From contig DAIDGU010000087.1 in NCBI GenBank assembly GCA_027459785.1, positions 12,707 to 76,706 of the forward strand: a stretch of DNA of 64,000 bases, read 5' to 3'. Position 1 is the first letter of the stretch; each line of letters starts with the position of its first letter. This document shows positions 45,496-55,713 of the stretch, piece by piece. The translations under genes were made by a program, and so were the position numbers. The DNA comes from Ktedonobacteria bacterium (GTDB lineage Bacteria; Chloroflexota; Ktedonobacteria; Ktedonobacterales; JACDGC01). Below the pieces are notes generated by a model. The model did no database searches. It was not told the origin of the DNA and saw nothing but the letters and a program-made list of their open reading frames with translations.

Positions 45496-48396
45496 TTACT
45501 CCGCCAGGTGGGCCAGACCGGCGCGGATGGCGCGGCCCAGCTCGATGCGCACAACCCGCCGCCCGCGACTTTGGAGCGCCTGGTAGTCGCCCAGAGCTTG
45601 CGCGGCAGTGAGATTGCCAAAGGTATAGGCTACGCCGGGGATACGCGCATCGAGTTGCGCCTCGCCGACGATCTGGATGACGATGCCGCCGGGTGGCCCG
45701 TCCAGGTGCAATTGCCCCGCCGCGTGCCGCGCGCCCGCCCCGTAGTCCAGCGTCGTCGCCACCTTGGCGTGGTCGCGCAGCCACAGGCGCAGCCGTTGCA
45801 GCAACGCATCGTGGTCCGGCGCGGGATCAAGGTACGCGATGAGGGCGAAGGCGTCGCCGGCCTGGGCCAGGTACGCCAGGGCTGCCTTGAACGAGCGGGC
45901 GTTGGAAGTGCCGGGCAAGGCCGCCGCGCTGCGTAGCGCGCTGGCGCTCGCGTCCGTGGCGCTGACCTTGATGGCGGTACCCACCAGAAGCGGCGTCAGC
46001 GGGGTCACGGTTGGTAGCACAGGGAAGCGCCCGTTGCGCTCGAAGTCGCTCAGAAGGTGCCGCGTCGCCTCAGTGACCGCCGGCAGATCGGGCGTGGTGC
46101 AGGGGTTGCTGCCCAGGATGTGAGCCGCGACCACCGTCGCCACTTGCCAGCGATAGACCTCGCCGGCCAGCGCGTAGCGCCGGGGGATGCGCAGGCGCAC
46201 CACCGGCTGCCCGGCGGCTTGCAAGGCAGCCAGCGCGGCATCCTGCGCGGCATCGAAGCCCTCGTCCGCGCGCAGATAGACGAAGAGCCGGTCGTCGCCA
46301 TAGACAGCCGGTGCGCCCAGCGGTTCATCCACCACGGGAATGATGCCCTGTCCCTGTTGGCCCGTGCTGTTGGCGACGAGCTGCGCGATCCACGGTGCGA
46401 AGGATGCGACCGAGGGCGACGCCACGATGGTCAGCTTGTCGCGCCCCGCTTGCGCCCCCGCGCCCAAGACGGCCCCCAGCACCAGGCCGGGATTGCGCTC
46501 CGCTGGCACGTCGGGGCCGCACGCCGTCATCTGCGCCAGCGCGGCGTCCAGCAGGGCATCCACATCGAGGCCCATGAGCGCGGCTGGCACCAGCCCGAAA
46601 TATGCCAGCGCGGCGTAACCGCCCACCATATCCGGCGGGTTACGAAAGACGCGCCGGAACGGGAATCGGCTCGCCTCCAGCGCGGAGCCGGGATCGGTGA
46701 TGGCGATGACGTTGCGCGCCGCCGCCTGGTCGCCCAAGGCGGTGCGCGCCGCGCCGAAAAAATAGTGGAAGAGCGTCAACGTCTCCAGCGTCGTGCCAGA
46801 CTTGGATGCCACGACGAAGAGCGTGCGGCGCAGATCAAGCAGTCGCTCCACCCGCAGCACCGTCGTGGGATCGGTTGTCGCCAGCACATGTAGGCGCGGG
46901 AAGCCAGGCTGCGCGCCGAAGGCCGCGCCGAGCGCCGCCGCGAATAGGCCGCTGCCGTTCATCCCCAGCAACACCATGTCGCTGTACCCCGCCGTGCGGA
47001 TCTCGTCGGCGAATTCGGCGAGATCGCGCACCTCGGAGGCCAGCACGCGCGGGAGGTCGAGCCAACCCAGCCGGTCGGCGGCACTGCCGCCGGTCGGGTC
47101 GCTCGGCCACAGGGTCGTGTCTTTGTCCCACAGACGCGCGCCGACATTGGCAGCCGCGAGGCTGCGCAATGCTGCATCGGCCACGTCCGCCAGCGGCGCG
47201 GGGATGACCTCATCCCCTGTGGGTGCGCCGCTGGCCTTAGTAGGGTGGTTTGTGCTCGCCATCTGTTGCTGCAACTCGCCGACCTTTTTGGCCGTTTCCT
47301 CCATCAACTGGTCATACGAGTCGGTGAAGCTCTTGACGCCCTCCACCAGCAGCGTCTGGGTCACGTCGTCGATGGCGATGCCAACGGCGGCGAGATCTGC
47401 CATCACCTGCTGCGCGCCCGCCTGATCCGCCGCCAGGGTCGGCGCGACCTTGCCGTGATCGCGGAAAGCGTCGACGGTGGCCGGCGGCATCGTATTCACC
47501 GTGTCGGGGCCGATCAGCTCCTCAACATAGATCACGTCGCGGTAGGCCGGATTCTTCGTGCTGGTGCTGGCCCACAGCGGGCGCTGCACATGCGCCCCCT
47601 TGGCGCGCAGGGCGGCGAAGTCGGGGCCACCGAAGATCGCCTGGAAGCGCTCATACGCGATCTTGGCGTTGGCGATGGCCGCTTTGCCCTGCAACGCCAA
47701 GATGCGCTGCTTCTCCGCTTCGCTGCCGGCCTGTTCGGCCAGCTTAGCCAGCCGCTTGTCCGTCTCCGTATCCACGCGGCTGACGAAGAAGCTGGCGACG
47801 GAGGCGATGCGATCCACCGGCTGGCCGGCGGCGGCGCGCTTCTTGAGCGCATTCACATACGCCTGCGCCACCAGTTCATAGACCGGCACGGCGAACATCA
47901 GCGTGATGTTGACGTTGATGCCCTCGCTCAACAATTGTTCCACGGCGGCCAATCCTTCGGAGGTCGCCGGCACCTTGATCATCAGGTTCGGGCGCTGCAC
48001 GCGGCCCCACAGGTAGCGCGCCTCGCTGAGCGTCGTCTGGTCGTCGTGCGCCGCGCCGGGCGAGACTTCCAGCGAGATGAAACCATCCGCGCCGTTGCTC
48101 TGGTCATAGATCGGGCGCAGAATGTCCGCCGCCATCTGGATGTCGCGGATCGAAAGTTCGTCGAAGATTTTCTTGGGATCGGTCACGCCCTGGCGCACCA
48201 GATCCTTCAGTTGGTCGTCATAGTCGGCGCTGCCGCCGATAGCTTTCTCGAAGATGGTAGGATTCGAGGTCGCCCCTCGGATCTCACCGGCGGCGATCAG
48301 CTTGCCGAAATCGCCCTTCTCCATAAAGCTGCGGCGGATGAAGTCGATCCAGGGACTCTGCCCCTGGGCGACCAATTCCGTCAATGGGTTGCTCAT
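45496..48396 (-). CDS. Bifunctional transaldolase / glucose-6-phosphate isomerase fusion
   Basis: N-terminus 'QSPWIDFIRR', 'GATSNPTIFEKA', 'IKVPAT' (transaldolase); C-terminal about 550 aa are PGI-like ('VVASKSGTTLET'); 966 aa. Confidence 0.88.
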   Translation of the reverse strand: MSNPLTELVAQGQSPWIDFIRRSFMEKGDFGKLIAAGEIRGATSNPTIFEKAIGGSADYDDQLKDLVRQGVTDPKKIFDELSIRDIQMAADILRPIYDQSNGADGFISLEVSPGAAHDDQTTLSEARYLWGRVQRPNLMIKVPATSEGLAAVEQLLSEGINVNITLMFAVPVYELVAQAYVNALKKRAAAGQPVDRIASVASFFVSRVDTETDKRLAKLAEQAGSEAEKQRILALQGKAAIANAKIAYERFQAIFGGPDFAALRAKGAHVQRPLWASTSTKNPAYRDVIYVEELIGPDTVNTMPPATVDAFRDHGKVAPTLAADQAGAQQVMADLAAVGIAIDDVTQTLLVEGVKSFTDSYDQLMEETAKKVGELQQQMASTNHPTKASGAPTGDEVIPAPLADVADAALRSLAAANVGARLWDKDTTLWPSDPTGGSAADRLGWLDLPRVLASEVRDLAEFADEIRTAGYSDMVLLGMNGSGLFAAALGAAFGAQPGFPRLHVLATTDPTTVLRVERLLDLRRTLFVVASKSGTTLETLTLFHYFFGAARTALGDQAAARNVIAITDPGSALEASRFPFRRVFRNPPDMVGGYAALAYFGLVPAALMGLDVDALLDAALAQMTACGPDVPAERNPGLVLGAVLGAGAQAGRDKLTIVASPSVASFAPWIAQLVANSTGQQGQGIIPVVDEPLGAPAVYGDDRLFVYLRADEGFDAAQDAALAALQAAGQPVVRLRIPRRYALAGEVYRWQVATVVAAHILGSNPCTTPDLPAVTEATRHLLSDFERNGRFPVLPTVTPLTPLLVGTAIKVSATDASASALRSAAALPGTSNARSFKAALAYLAQAGDAFALIAYLDPAPDHDALLQRLRLWLRDHAKVATTLDYGAGARHAAGQLHLDGPPGGIVIQIVGEAQLDARIPGVAYTFGNLTAAQALGDYQALQSRGRRVVRIELGRAIRAGLAHLAE

Positions 48397-48851
48397 GAAT
48401 TACAAAACTCCTCTTCCATCGCCTTGATCTTACCCAGACGGCGCACGTGGCGTTCCAGGCCGGAAAACTGCGCGGCCATATAGTCCGTCACCAGATCCTT
48501 CGCCAGCGCGGGGCCGATGACGCGCGCACCCAGCGCCAGCACGTTCATGTCGTCGTCTTCCACCCCTTGCCGCGCGGAGAACGAATCATGGCACAGCGCG
48601 CAGCGGATGCCGCGCACCTTGTTCGCCGCCGCGCTCGCCCCCACGCCGCTGCCGCAGATCAGCACGCCGCGCTGCGCCCGACCGGACTGCACCGCCTGCG
48701 CCACCGCCCGCGCGGAATCGGGATAATCATCGTTGGGATCGCTGCCATCGCCGCCGAGATCCACCACCTCGTGGCCCAGCGCCTGCAACTGCGCGATCAC
48801 CGTCGCCTTCAGCGGATACCCGGCGTGATCCACGCCCACCGCGACACGCAT
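48393..48851 (-). CDS. rpiB: Ribose-5-phosphate isomerase B
   Basis: Within ORF 48393..48878; 'MRVAVGVDHAGYPLK', 'GVLICGSGVGASAAANK'; ATG 48851 after AAGGAG; ATGA overlap with tal/pgi start. Confidence 0.9.
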   Translation of the reverse strand: MRVAVGVDHAGYPLKATVIAQLQALGHEVVDLGGDGSDPNDDYPDSARAVAQAVQSGRAQRGVLICGSGVGASAAANKVRGIRCALCHDSFSARQGVEDDDMNVLALGARVIGPALAKDLVTDYMAAQFSGLERHVRRLGKIKAMEEEFCNS

Positions 48852-48897
48852 GATCGATGCTCCTTTCGTATGAACCAATCGTCAAGAAAAGACGAGA

Positions 48898-49095
48898 ACA
48901 TGGTGGTCACGGAAAGCTACCCGGAAGCACCCGGAAAAGGCGAAACGCGAAATGCCACGAGATGTGCGCGAAATGACGCGATATAATCGCATGCTGATAT
49001 TGCGCGCCATCTTGCATTTCGCCTCTTTCAGCTTATTCCGCGTCATTCCGCGTTTATTTCGTGGCATCTCGCGTTCCGTATCTTTCGTGTTCGAC
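48898..49095. repeat. F4 palindrome between tkt and rpiB
   Basis: CGAAACGCGAAATGCCACGAGATG ... CATCTCGCGTTCCG arms plus CGCGAAATGACGCGAT core shared with 44184 and 45371 copies. Confidence 0.8.
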
Positions 49096-49099
49096 AACA

Positions 49100-51118
49100 T
49101 CACTTGCCCAGCAAGGCTTGCGCCTGGGTGACGACGTTTTCGGGCGTGAAACCGAATTTCTCGAACAGAACCTTCGCTGGGGCGGATGCGCCGTAATGGG
49201 TCAGGCCCAGCACAGCGCCGTTCAAGCCGACGTATTTGTACCACGTCATCGGCGCGGCAGCTTCCACCGCCAGGCGCTGCGTGATCTGCGGCGGCAATAC
49301 CTGATCGCGGTAACTCTGAGGCTGCTTGTCAAAAAACTCGGTGCAGGGCATGCTGACCACGCGCGCCCGCACGCCCTGGGCCGCGAGCTGCCCCTGCGCT
49401 TGCAGGCACAGCGGCACCTCCGAGCCGCTGGCGATGAGGATGACCTGCGGATCGCCGCCCTGCGCGTCGGCTAAAATGTAGCCGCCGCGTTCCAGGTCCG
49501 TCGCCGGCGCGTACTTGCTCTGGTCGATGATCGGCAGATTCTGGCGCGTCAACGAGAGCGCCGTGGGGCCGCTGGTGTTGGCGAGCGCCGCGCGCCAGGC
49601 GGCAGCCGTCTCGTTCGCGTCGGCAGGGCGGATCACCGTCAGGCCGGGGATGGCGCGCAGGGCGCTGAGTTGCGAGATCGGTTGGTGCGTCGGACCGTCT
49701 TCGCCCAGGCCGATGCTATCATGCGTGAAAACGTAGATCACGCGCACCCCCATCAGCGACGCCAGGCGAATCGCGGGGCGCATGTAATCCGAGAAGATCA
49801 GGAAGGTGCCGCCGTAGGGGATGATACCCTTGTGCAGCGCCATGCCGGTGAGGATCGCGCCCATGCCGTGTTCGCGCACGCCGAAGTTCATGTTGCGCCC
49901 CACGCGGTCCGTGCCGGAAAACAAGCCCTCGCCCTCGATCAGCGTCTCGTTCGAGGTCGCCAGGTCGGCGGAGCCGCCCATCAGCGCGGGCAGCTTGGGC
50001 GCGATGGCATTGATCACCTTGCCGGAGGCTACGCGGGTAGAAAGCTCGCCCTTGCTGTCGGCGGGCGTCCAGGTGGGGATGGTCGTGTCATAGCCCTGGG
50101 GCAGCGCGCCGCTCAGCATCTCGGTCCACTTGGCCGCGAGGTCGGGGAAGGCGGCGGCGTAGGCACTGAAACGCTGCTGCCAGTCTTGCTGGGCCTGCTG
50201 GCCCTTCTGCACGGCCTCGCGCATGTGGTTCAGCGCCTCTGGCGGCACGTGGAAGGGATCTTGCCATTGCCAGCCGAGGTTTTGCTTGGTCTTCGCCACG
50301 TTCTCCGCACCCAGCGGGCTGCCGTGGGACTTGTATGAGTCTTGCAGGGGGCTGGCGAAGCCGATGTGTGTGCGCGCGATGATCAGCGAGGGGCGCTCGC
50401 GCTCCTGACTGGCGTTATCCAGTGCGTCTTGCACCTGCTTGCGGTCCATGCCATCGACACGCTGCACGTACCATTCATACGCCTCGAAGCGCGTCCCCAC
50501 GTCGTCGCTCATCGCCACGTTCGTCGGCCCCGAAAGCATCACTTGATTGTCGTCATAGATCACGACGAGCTTATTCAGCCGCAGGTGGCCGGCGATGGCA
50601 CACGCCTCGTGCGTTACGCCTTCCATCATGTCGCCGTCGCTGGCGATGACATAGGTGTAGTGGTTGACGATCTCATGGTCCGGGCGGTTGAAGATCGCCG
50701 CCAGGTGCGCTTCCGCAATGGCCATGCCGACCGCCGTCGAGATGCCCTGGCCCAGTGGGCCGGTCGTCGTCTCCACGCCGGGCGTCACCCCATGCTCCGG
50801 GTGGCCGGGCGTCAAGGATTCCCACTGGCGAAAATGCTTGATGTCATCCAGCGAGAGGTCATAGCCGGTGAGATAGAGCAAGCTATAGAGCAACATCGAG
50901 GCATGGCCGGCGGATAGCACGAAGCGGTCGCGGTCCGGCCACTGGGGATCGCGCGGGTTGAACTTCAGGAAGTTGTGCCAGAGGACATAAGCGGCGGGGG
51001 CCAGCCCCAGCGGTGCGCCGGGATGCCCCGAATTCGCCTGCTGCACCGCGTCGATGCTCAGCGTGCGAATGGTGTTGACGCAGAGATCGTCAATCGAAAT
51101 CTGCTGCTCGATTGCCAC
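49100..51118 (-). CDS. tkt: Transketolase
   Basis: '[11 protein letters not shown]', '[13 protein letters not shown]', 'GDGDMMEGV', '[16 protein letters not shown]'. Confidence 0.95.
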   Translation of the reverse strand: MAIEQQISIDDLCVNTIRTLSIDAVQQANSGHPGAPLGLAPAAYVLWHNFLKFNPRDPQWPDRDRFVLSAGHASMLLYSLLYLTGYDLSLDDIKHFRQWESLTPGHPEHGVTPGVETTTGPLGQGISTAVGMAIAEAHLAAIFNRPDHEIVNHYTYVIASDGDMMEGVTHEACAIAGHLRLNKLVVIYDDNQVMLSGPTNVAMSDDVGTRFEAYEWYVQRVDGMDRKQVQDALDNASQERERPSLIIARTHIGFASPLQDSYKSHGSPLGAENVAKTKQNLGWQWQDPFHVPPEALNHMREAVQKGQQAQQDWQQRFSAYAAAFPDLAAKWTEMLSGALPQGYDTTIPTWTPADSKGELSTRVASGKVINAIAPKLPALMGGSADLATSNETLIEGEGLFSGTDRVGRNMNFGVREHGMGAILTGMALHKGIIPYGGTFLIFSDYMRPAIRLASLMGVRVIYVFTHDSIGLGEDGPTHQPISQLSALRAIPGLTVIRPADANETAAAWRAALANTSGPTALSLTRQNLPIIDQSKYAPATDLERGGYILADAQGGDPQVILIASGSEVPLCLQAQGQLAAQGVRARVVSMPCTEFFDKQPQSYRDQVLPPQITQRLAVEAAAPMTWYKYVGLNGAVLGLTHYGASAPAKVLFEKFGFTPENVVTQAQALLGK

Positions 51119-51611
51119 GGGAAATTCTCCTTACGGGTGACGCAACGGGAGTTGCACATGAACACCTTCATCATACAACGCCCACGCCCCCCAGCGGCTC
51201 AGCAATAAAAAAAACAGCCCTGCGGATGATCTGGCAAGCAGACATGGCAGACGGGCAGCTCCGCCCGCCGTTCGTCGCGCTCAAGGCGTGCCACGTGTCC
51301 GGTTGCCTGGAAAACCAATCATCCCCTGCTCTGTATCCTATCGGATGCGCGCGTTACATTCCACAGCACTGTGTTTTGTTTGCTTGGCACACGGGGGCGA
51401 CGCCGCCCGACCGTCCCGCTGGAATGGTAGCACAGGGCGGGGGAACGGCGCAAATCAGGGCGCGCGGCACGCAGGAATACGCTGCCGGTGCGTGAGGCAA
51501 CCATCATCTCCACATGGCGAAGGTGCATTTTCCCGCGCGCTCGCGCTATAATCGCACACAGTAGAGGCGTCATGCCTGGTACAGAATCACACCGCAAAGG
51601 AAACCCTACCC

Positions 51612-52181
51612 ATGCTAGACTTCACGCCGGTGCGCGAGAAGCAGATGTCGATCTACGATTTGACCAAGGATCTGACGGCGCGCGATCTGCATCGCCTGAC
51701 GGATGAGATGCTGGACGAAGTGACCGCGATTATCACTGACGCGACGGACGCCGATGTCGTCTTCACGCCGGTCGATCCCCAGGCGAAAGACACCTTTGGC
51801 AAGGCGGAAGAAGCGGACCTCGCCTGGACGCTGGGGCATGTCGTGTTGCACGCGACGGCGTCATCCGAGGAGGGCGCAGCGCAGGCAGCGAGCTTCGCGC
51901 GCGGGCTCGTGCCGGAGGGCCGCTCGCGCTACGAGCCGGACTGGCGCACGGTGACGACCATCGCCGAGGTGCGCCAACGGCTGGCAGAAAGCCGCCGCAT
52001 GCGGCATGCCTTCCTGGATGCCTGGCCCGCCACACCCCACCTGGATGTCATCCAGGAGACGCAATATTTCGGGCCGCTCAACGCCAGCGCCCGCTTCGCC
52101 CTGGGCCTGATCCACGAAGACGCGCACCTGGACCAACTGCGCGAGATCATGCGCCAGGCACGGGCGGCGCGCGGCGCATAA
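51612..52181 (+). CDS. DinB-family (DinB_2-like) four-helix-bundle protein
   Basis: 'WTLGHVVLHATASSEE', 'LIHEDAHLDQLREI' His-containing helices typical of the DinB superfamily. Confidence 0.7.
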   Translation: MLDFTPVREKQMSIYDLTKDLTARDLHRLTDEMLDEVTAIITDATDADVVFTPVDPQAKDTFGKAEEADLAWTLGHVVLHATASSEEGAAQAASFARGLVPEGRSRYEPDWRTVTTIAEVRQRLAESRRMRHAFLDAWPATPHLDVIQETQYFGPLNASARFALGLIHEDAHLDQLREIMRQARAARGA

Positions 52182-52254
52182 GCCGCTGCTATCATGCAGC
52201 CAGCGGGCAGCAATGGGGGGAGGAAGCGGGCGGGCGGGAGCAAAACGGGGGGAC

Positions 52255-52297
52255 GATGAGGGCGGTTGAAACCAACATATCCCTCGGATCTTATACC
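52255..52297 (+). repeat. About 43-bp repeat module; inverted copy at 61563-61603
   Basis: GATGAGGGCGGTTGAAACCAACATATCCCTCGGATCTTATACC versus reverse complement GATGAGGGCATGAAACCAACATACCCCTCGGATCTTATCCC. Confidence 0.75.
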
Positions 52298-52321
52298 GTT
52301 CTTTACGGCTCGTACATGACG

Positions 52322-52588
52322 TCATGGGCCGTCGCTACCCCGCTTGCACGGGGAGCCGCAGATACGAAGGATGCGCGCCCCCGTGTGGATGACGTGTGTG
52401 CCACAGTTCACACCGACGAATTCCTGGATCCCCGGCATCATTGTGCCAAGCAGGTTGTTCGAGCTGATGACGAAGCGCAGCTGCTCGCCGAGGTGAAAGG
52501 CCAGTCCAATCGGGAGCAGTTCCATGTCGATCTCGACGACCTCACCCGGTGTAAGCTTCTCGATGCGGTCGAATGTGTGGGCAGGCAC
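52322..52588 (-). pseudogene. Remnant of a CocE/NonD-family hydrolase (C-terminal beta-sandwich fragment only)
   Basis: 'LTPGEVVEIDMELLPIGLAFHLGEQLRFVISSNN' resembles the CocE/NonD C-terminal domain; no N-terminal catalytic part in any frame nearby. Confidence 0.55.
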
Positions 52589-52680
52589 CCATCAGAGCCT
52601 TTGTACCGCAGGATCGTCGCACTGTGATCGGTTAATGAAGCGTCATGAGGACACGCGGAGGCTGCCGCGATACCGCTACC

Positions 52681-53766
52681 TTAGCGGACACGGGTTCCGG
52701 CGATCCAGACCCCCTGAATGGCACGCGTCGCGCGGATGTCTGCGGTGGGATCGCCCGTCACCAGCACCAGATCAGCCCGGCGACCAGGGATGATGGCCCC
52801 CCTGTCACTGAGATCCAGGAGATCGGCGCAACGGATGGTAGCACTTTGTAGGGCTTCTGTCGGGCTGAGGCCAGCAGAAACGAAGAGTTCGAGTTCCTCA
52901 TGCAACGCGGTACCGTGAGCGATACGAAAGGGGGAGTTGGGTGTCGAACTGGCATCCGTTCCTGCCAGCACGGGGACACCTGCATGGTGCAATGCTCTGA
53001 CGGATGCGAGGGCATGACCGAAATCGCTGCCAGGGCGATGGGTGGGCAAGGCAAGGGCCGCCACACTGCGCATCATCACCAATGTTGGCACAGAGATGAT
53101 GCCCTGCGCCTTGATCTGCGCGACAAGAGCATCATCCAGGGGCGCATCGATGGGCGCATGGGTGAGTACATCCACGCCCGCGTTCGTCGCCATCTGCACG
53201 GCAGGCACGGTGGTGACATGGGCGAACACCCGCTGGTGGTGGGCGTGGGCGGATGCGACCAGGGCCGCGATAGTCCCCGCATCGAGGGCCGCCGTACCCA
53301 TGATGTGCGGATCCTCGACGATGATCTTGATATAATCGGACCCTTCAGCGAGGCGTTCGGTGACAAACCGTTCGGCATCTGCAGGGCCAGAGACGATGCT
53401 GCTGAGGGGAAAGCCCATCCGTGTCGTCTGCATGCCACCCGCTGCGGAAGCCGGAATCCCTGCGCTGCGGAAATCCGGTAAATCAGGCAACCCATGCAAA
53501 TGTGCCAGCCGCTCCAGATGGCTCGCCATATCCAACATAGTGGTGACGCCCGTGTCGGCACCTTTGGCGAGATCGGCACGGTCTATAAGATGCACATGCG
53601 CATCGATCAAACCAGGCAACAGCGTGCCACCTTGACCATCAACCGTCGTTGTCGCCGTAGTGGCTGAAGCGATCAGCGCACCTTCTACCACGACCGTGCG
53701 TGGTTCGGATACCTGCTGGCCATCAAAGACACGGACATTGGTGATGGCAGTAGATGCTGCGGTCAT
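52681..53766 (-). CDS. Amidohydrolase-family metallohydrolase
   Basis: 'LLPGLIDAHVHL', 'AHVTT', 'LTHAP', 'AGTDAS' motifs. Confidence 0.85.
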   Translation of the reverse strand: MTAASTAITNVRVFDGQQVSEPRTVVVEGALIASATTATTTVDGQGGTLLPGLIDAHVHLIDRADLAKGADTGVTTMLDMASHLERLAHLHGLPDLPDFRSAGIPASAAGGMQTTRMGFPLSSIVSGPADAERFVTERLAEGSDYIKIIVEDPHIMGTAALDAGTIAALVASAHAHHQRVFAHVTTVPAVQMATNAGVDVLTHAPIDAPLDDALVAQIKAQGIISVPTLVMMRSVAALALPTHRPGSDFGHALASVRALHHAGVPVLAGTDASSTPNSPFRIAHGTALHEELELFVSAGLSPTEALQSATIRCADLLDLSDRGAIIPGRRADLVLVTGDPTADIRATRAIQGVWIAGTRVR

Positions 53767-53860
53767 AATTCCCCTTCGCTTTCTGCGCGTGTGGAAGTTT
53801 ATAAGGGTCCACCGCGATCACTCAGGAACGCCCTCGCCAGTGGGAGGAGAACGCTCCCGA

Positions 53861-54556
53861 TCACTCAGCTCGTCGCGGTTCTATGACCGCTTGCAAATGC
53901 TGGATGGTCTGTTGGATGTGCTGGCGCACGGCATTGGCCGCACGCGCGGGATCGTTGGCCTGGCAGGCGGCAAGAATTTCACGGTGCTCAGCGTCAAGAC
54001 GCCTGGCATCTTTGGGAACATCGGCAGCGGCATAAAGATGGTTATATGCCAGCGACGCATTGCGTAATTCTTCGATCATCGTGACCAGCCGCGCGCGCCT
54101 GCCGAGGCGATAGAGGCGCAGGTGAAACTGATGATTGCGTTCAACATAAAACGCCGCGTCATCCGTCGCATGCATTGCATCCAGAATGGCCGCCAGTGGC
54201 GGCGCGTCCTGTGGCTGAAAGCATTCAGCCGCCTTCTCGACCGCGAGCATTTCGAGCGCCGTGCGAATTTCGTAGTGCTCGATCAGATCCTGGACCGTGG
54301 GTAAGAAGACCGTGACGCCGCGATGGGTATCGATCTGGACCAAGCCATCCCGTTGCAGCAAGCCAAATGCCTCGCGCACGGGAGTCGTGCTTACCCCAAA
54401 GCGCTGCGCGATCTCGACCTGGGGCAACCGGCTTCCGGCGGGAATCTGCCCGGAAACAATCTCCTGTCGCAGGGCCTGCGCGATCTGTTCCGCTATCGTC
54501 TGCTTGGCCAGGGTGGTTGCCTGCCGATCTTTTCCTGATGGCGCGAGTGGATTCAT
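53861..54556 (-). CDS. GntR-family transcriptional regulator (FadR/FCD subfamily)
   Basis: Within ORF 53861..54583; 'IAQRFGVSTTPVREAFGLLQRDGLV' wHTH plus helical FCD-like C-terminus; ATG 54556 preferred over TTG 54583. Confidence 0.85.
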   Translation of the reverse strand: MNPLAPSGKDRQATTLAKQTIAEQIAQALRQEIVSGQIPAGSRLPQVEIAQRFGVSTTPVREAFGLLQRDGLVQIDTHRGVTVFLPTVQDLIEHYEIRTALEMLAVEKAAECFQPQDAPPLAAILDAMHATDDAAFYVERNHQFHLRLYRLGRRARLVTMIEELRNASLAYNHLYAAADVPKDARRLDAEHREILAACQANDPARAANAVRQHIQQTIQHLQAVIEPRRAE

Positions 54557-54576
54557 GCGAGTGTTCGCTCTCCCTC

Positions 54577-54606
54577 TTGACAAATGTCGAATGCATTATG
54601 CATAAT
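54577..54606 (+). promoter_or_regulatory. Candidate promoter for the catabolic operon, overlapped by palindrome ATGCATTATGCAT
   Basis: TTGACA (54577-54582), 18 nt spacer, CATAAT (54601-54606); 13-bp palindrome 54591-54603 in the divergent GntR/FAH spacer. Confidence 0.45.
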
Positions 54607-54717
54607 ATACACCAATCCACACCATCTTGTCCAGAGGGAAAACGCGGTTTGCGCTGACCAGCTTGCGTTTGATGGCCAGGTTCTTTGTGGGGAGTCGTCT
54701 CAGAGAGGAATATCGTT

Positions 54718-55623
54718 ATGCAACTGGTAAGTTACCGGTTCCCTGGTGGAAGCGATGAACGCTGGCGTGCCGGTGTGGAACACGGGGGCCACGTGGTCGA
54801 TGCCGCCTCCCTCTGGCAGGGAGAGGGGCGTGAAGTGACAGTCAAGCAGGTGCTTGCCGCTGGTTCTGCAACCATCGCAAGCATGTTTCAGCAGACCCGC
54901 ACGATCCTCGAAGCGGAGCCAGAGGCCGCAGGTGTCTTGCAGGTTGCAGCCATCGAACTGGGTCCGCCTGTTCCCGATCCGGACAAAATTATTTGCATCG
55001 GTCTGAACTATGCCAGCCATGCCAACGAAGCTGGACTCGACCTGACCGAAGTGCCTGTGTTTTTCACCAAGTTCCGCAACAGCCTGATCGGCCCCACTAG
55101 CCTTATCCGTTTGCCACGTGTCAGCCAGCAAATTGACTATGAAGGGGAACTGGCAGTCGTCATTGGCGCGCGCTGCAAAGAGGTCTCTGAGCAAGAGGCG
55201 CTGCGCGTGGTCGCGGGCTATTCCATCATGAACGATGTCAGCGCGCGCGATGTGCAATTGCGTACCAGCCAATGGACTGCGGGGAAGGCGCTCGATACCT
55301 TTGCCCCAATGGGACCAGGCATTGTCTTGGCTGCGGCACTGCCCAACCCGCAGACGCTCCTTTTGACGACACGGGTCAATGGCCAGATTGTTCAGCAGGC
55401 GAACACGGCGACAATGCTCTTTTCGGTGGCAACGATCATCGCGTATCTCAGCTCGCTCATGACGCTAGAGCCCGGCGATATCATCGCCACGGGAACACCG
55501 GCGGGAGTGGGTTTTAAGCACACGCCCCCCCTCTATCTGCGCGACGGGGATGTCGCTGAAGTGGAGATCGAGGGCATTGGCCACATCCGCAATCCTGTCG
55601 TCGGATACGCCGGCAAACCGTAA
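54718..55623 (+). CDS. Fumarylacetoacetate hydrolase (FAH)-family protein
   Basis: Within ORF 54685..55623; 'KIICIGLNYASH', 'DYEGELAVVIG', 'NDVSARD', 'PGDIIATGTPAGVG'. Confidence 0.9.
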   Translation: MQLVSYRFPGGSDERWRAGVEHGGHVVDAASLWQGEGREVTVKQVLAAGSATIASMFQQTRTILEAEPEAAGVLQVAAIELGPPVPDPDKIICIGLNYASHANEAGLDLTEVPVFFTKFRNSLIGPTSLIRLPRVSQQIDYEGELAVVIGARCKEVSEQEALRVVAGYSIMNDVSARDVQLRTSQWTAGKALDTFAPMGPGIVLAAALPNPQTLLLTTRVNGQIVQQANTATMLFSVATIIAYLSSLMTLEPGDIIATGTPAGVGFKHTPPLYLRDGDVAEVEIEGIGHIRNPVVGYAGKP

Positions 55624-55713
55624 AGCGCGCAGTACGCCTTTCCACAGGAAGCGCCAGGGGCAACCCACAGCACGGCATACCAGAACAGCGAACGATTTCA
55701 AAGGAGAGAGAGT

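Noticed and set aside
51228-51235. A8/T8 tract upstream of tkt as part of a terminator
   Set aside because: I could not find a convincing GC-rich stem immediately preceding the T-run on the minus strand.
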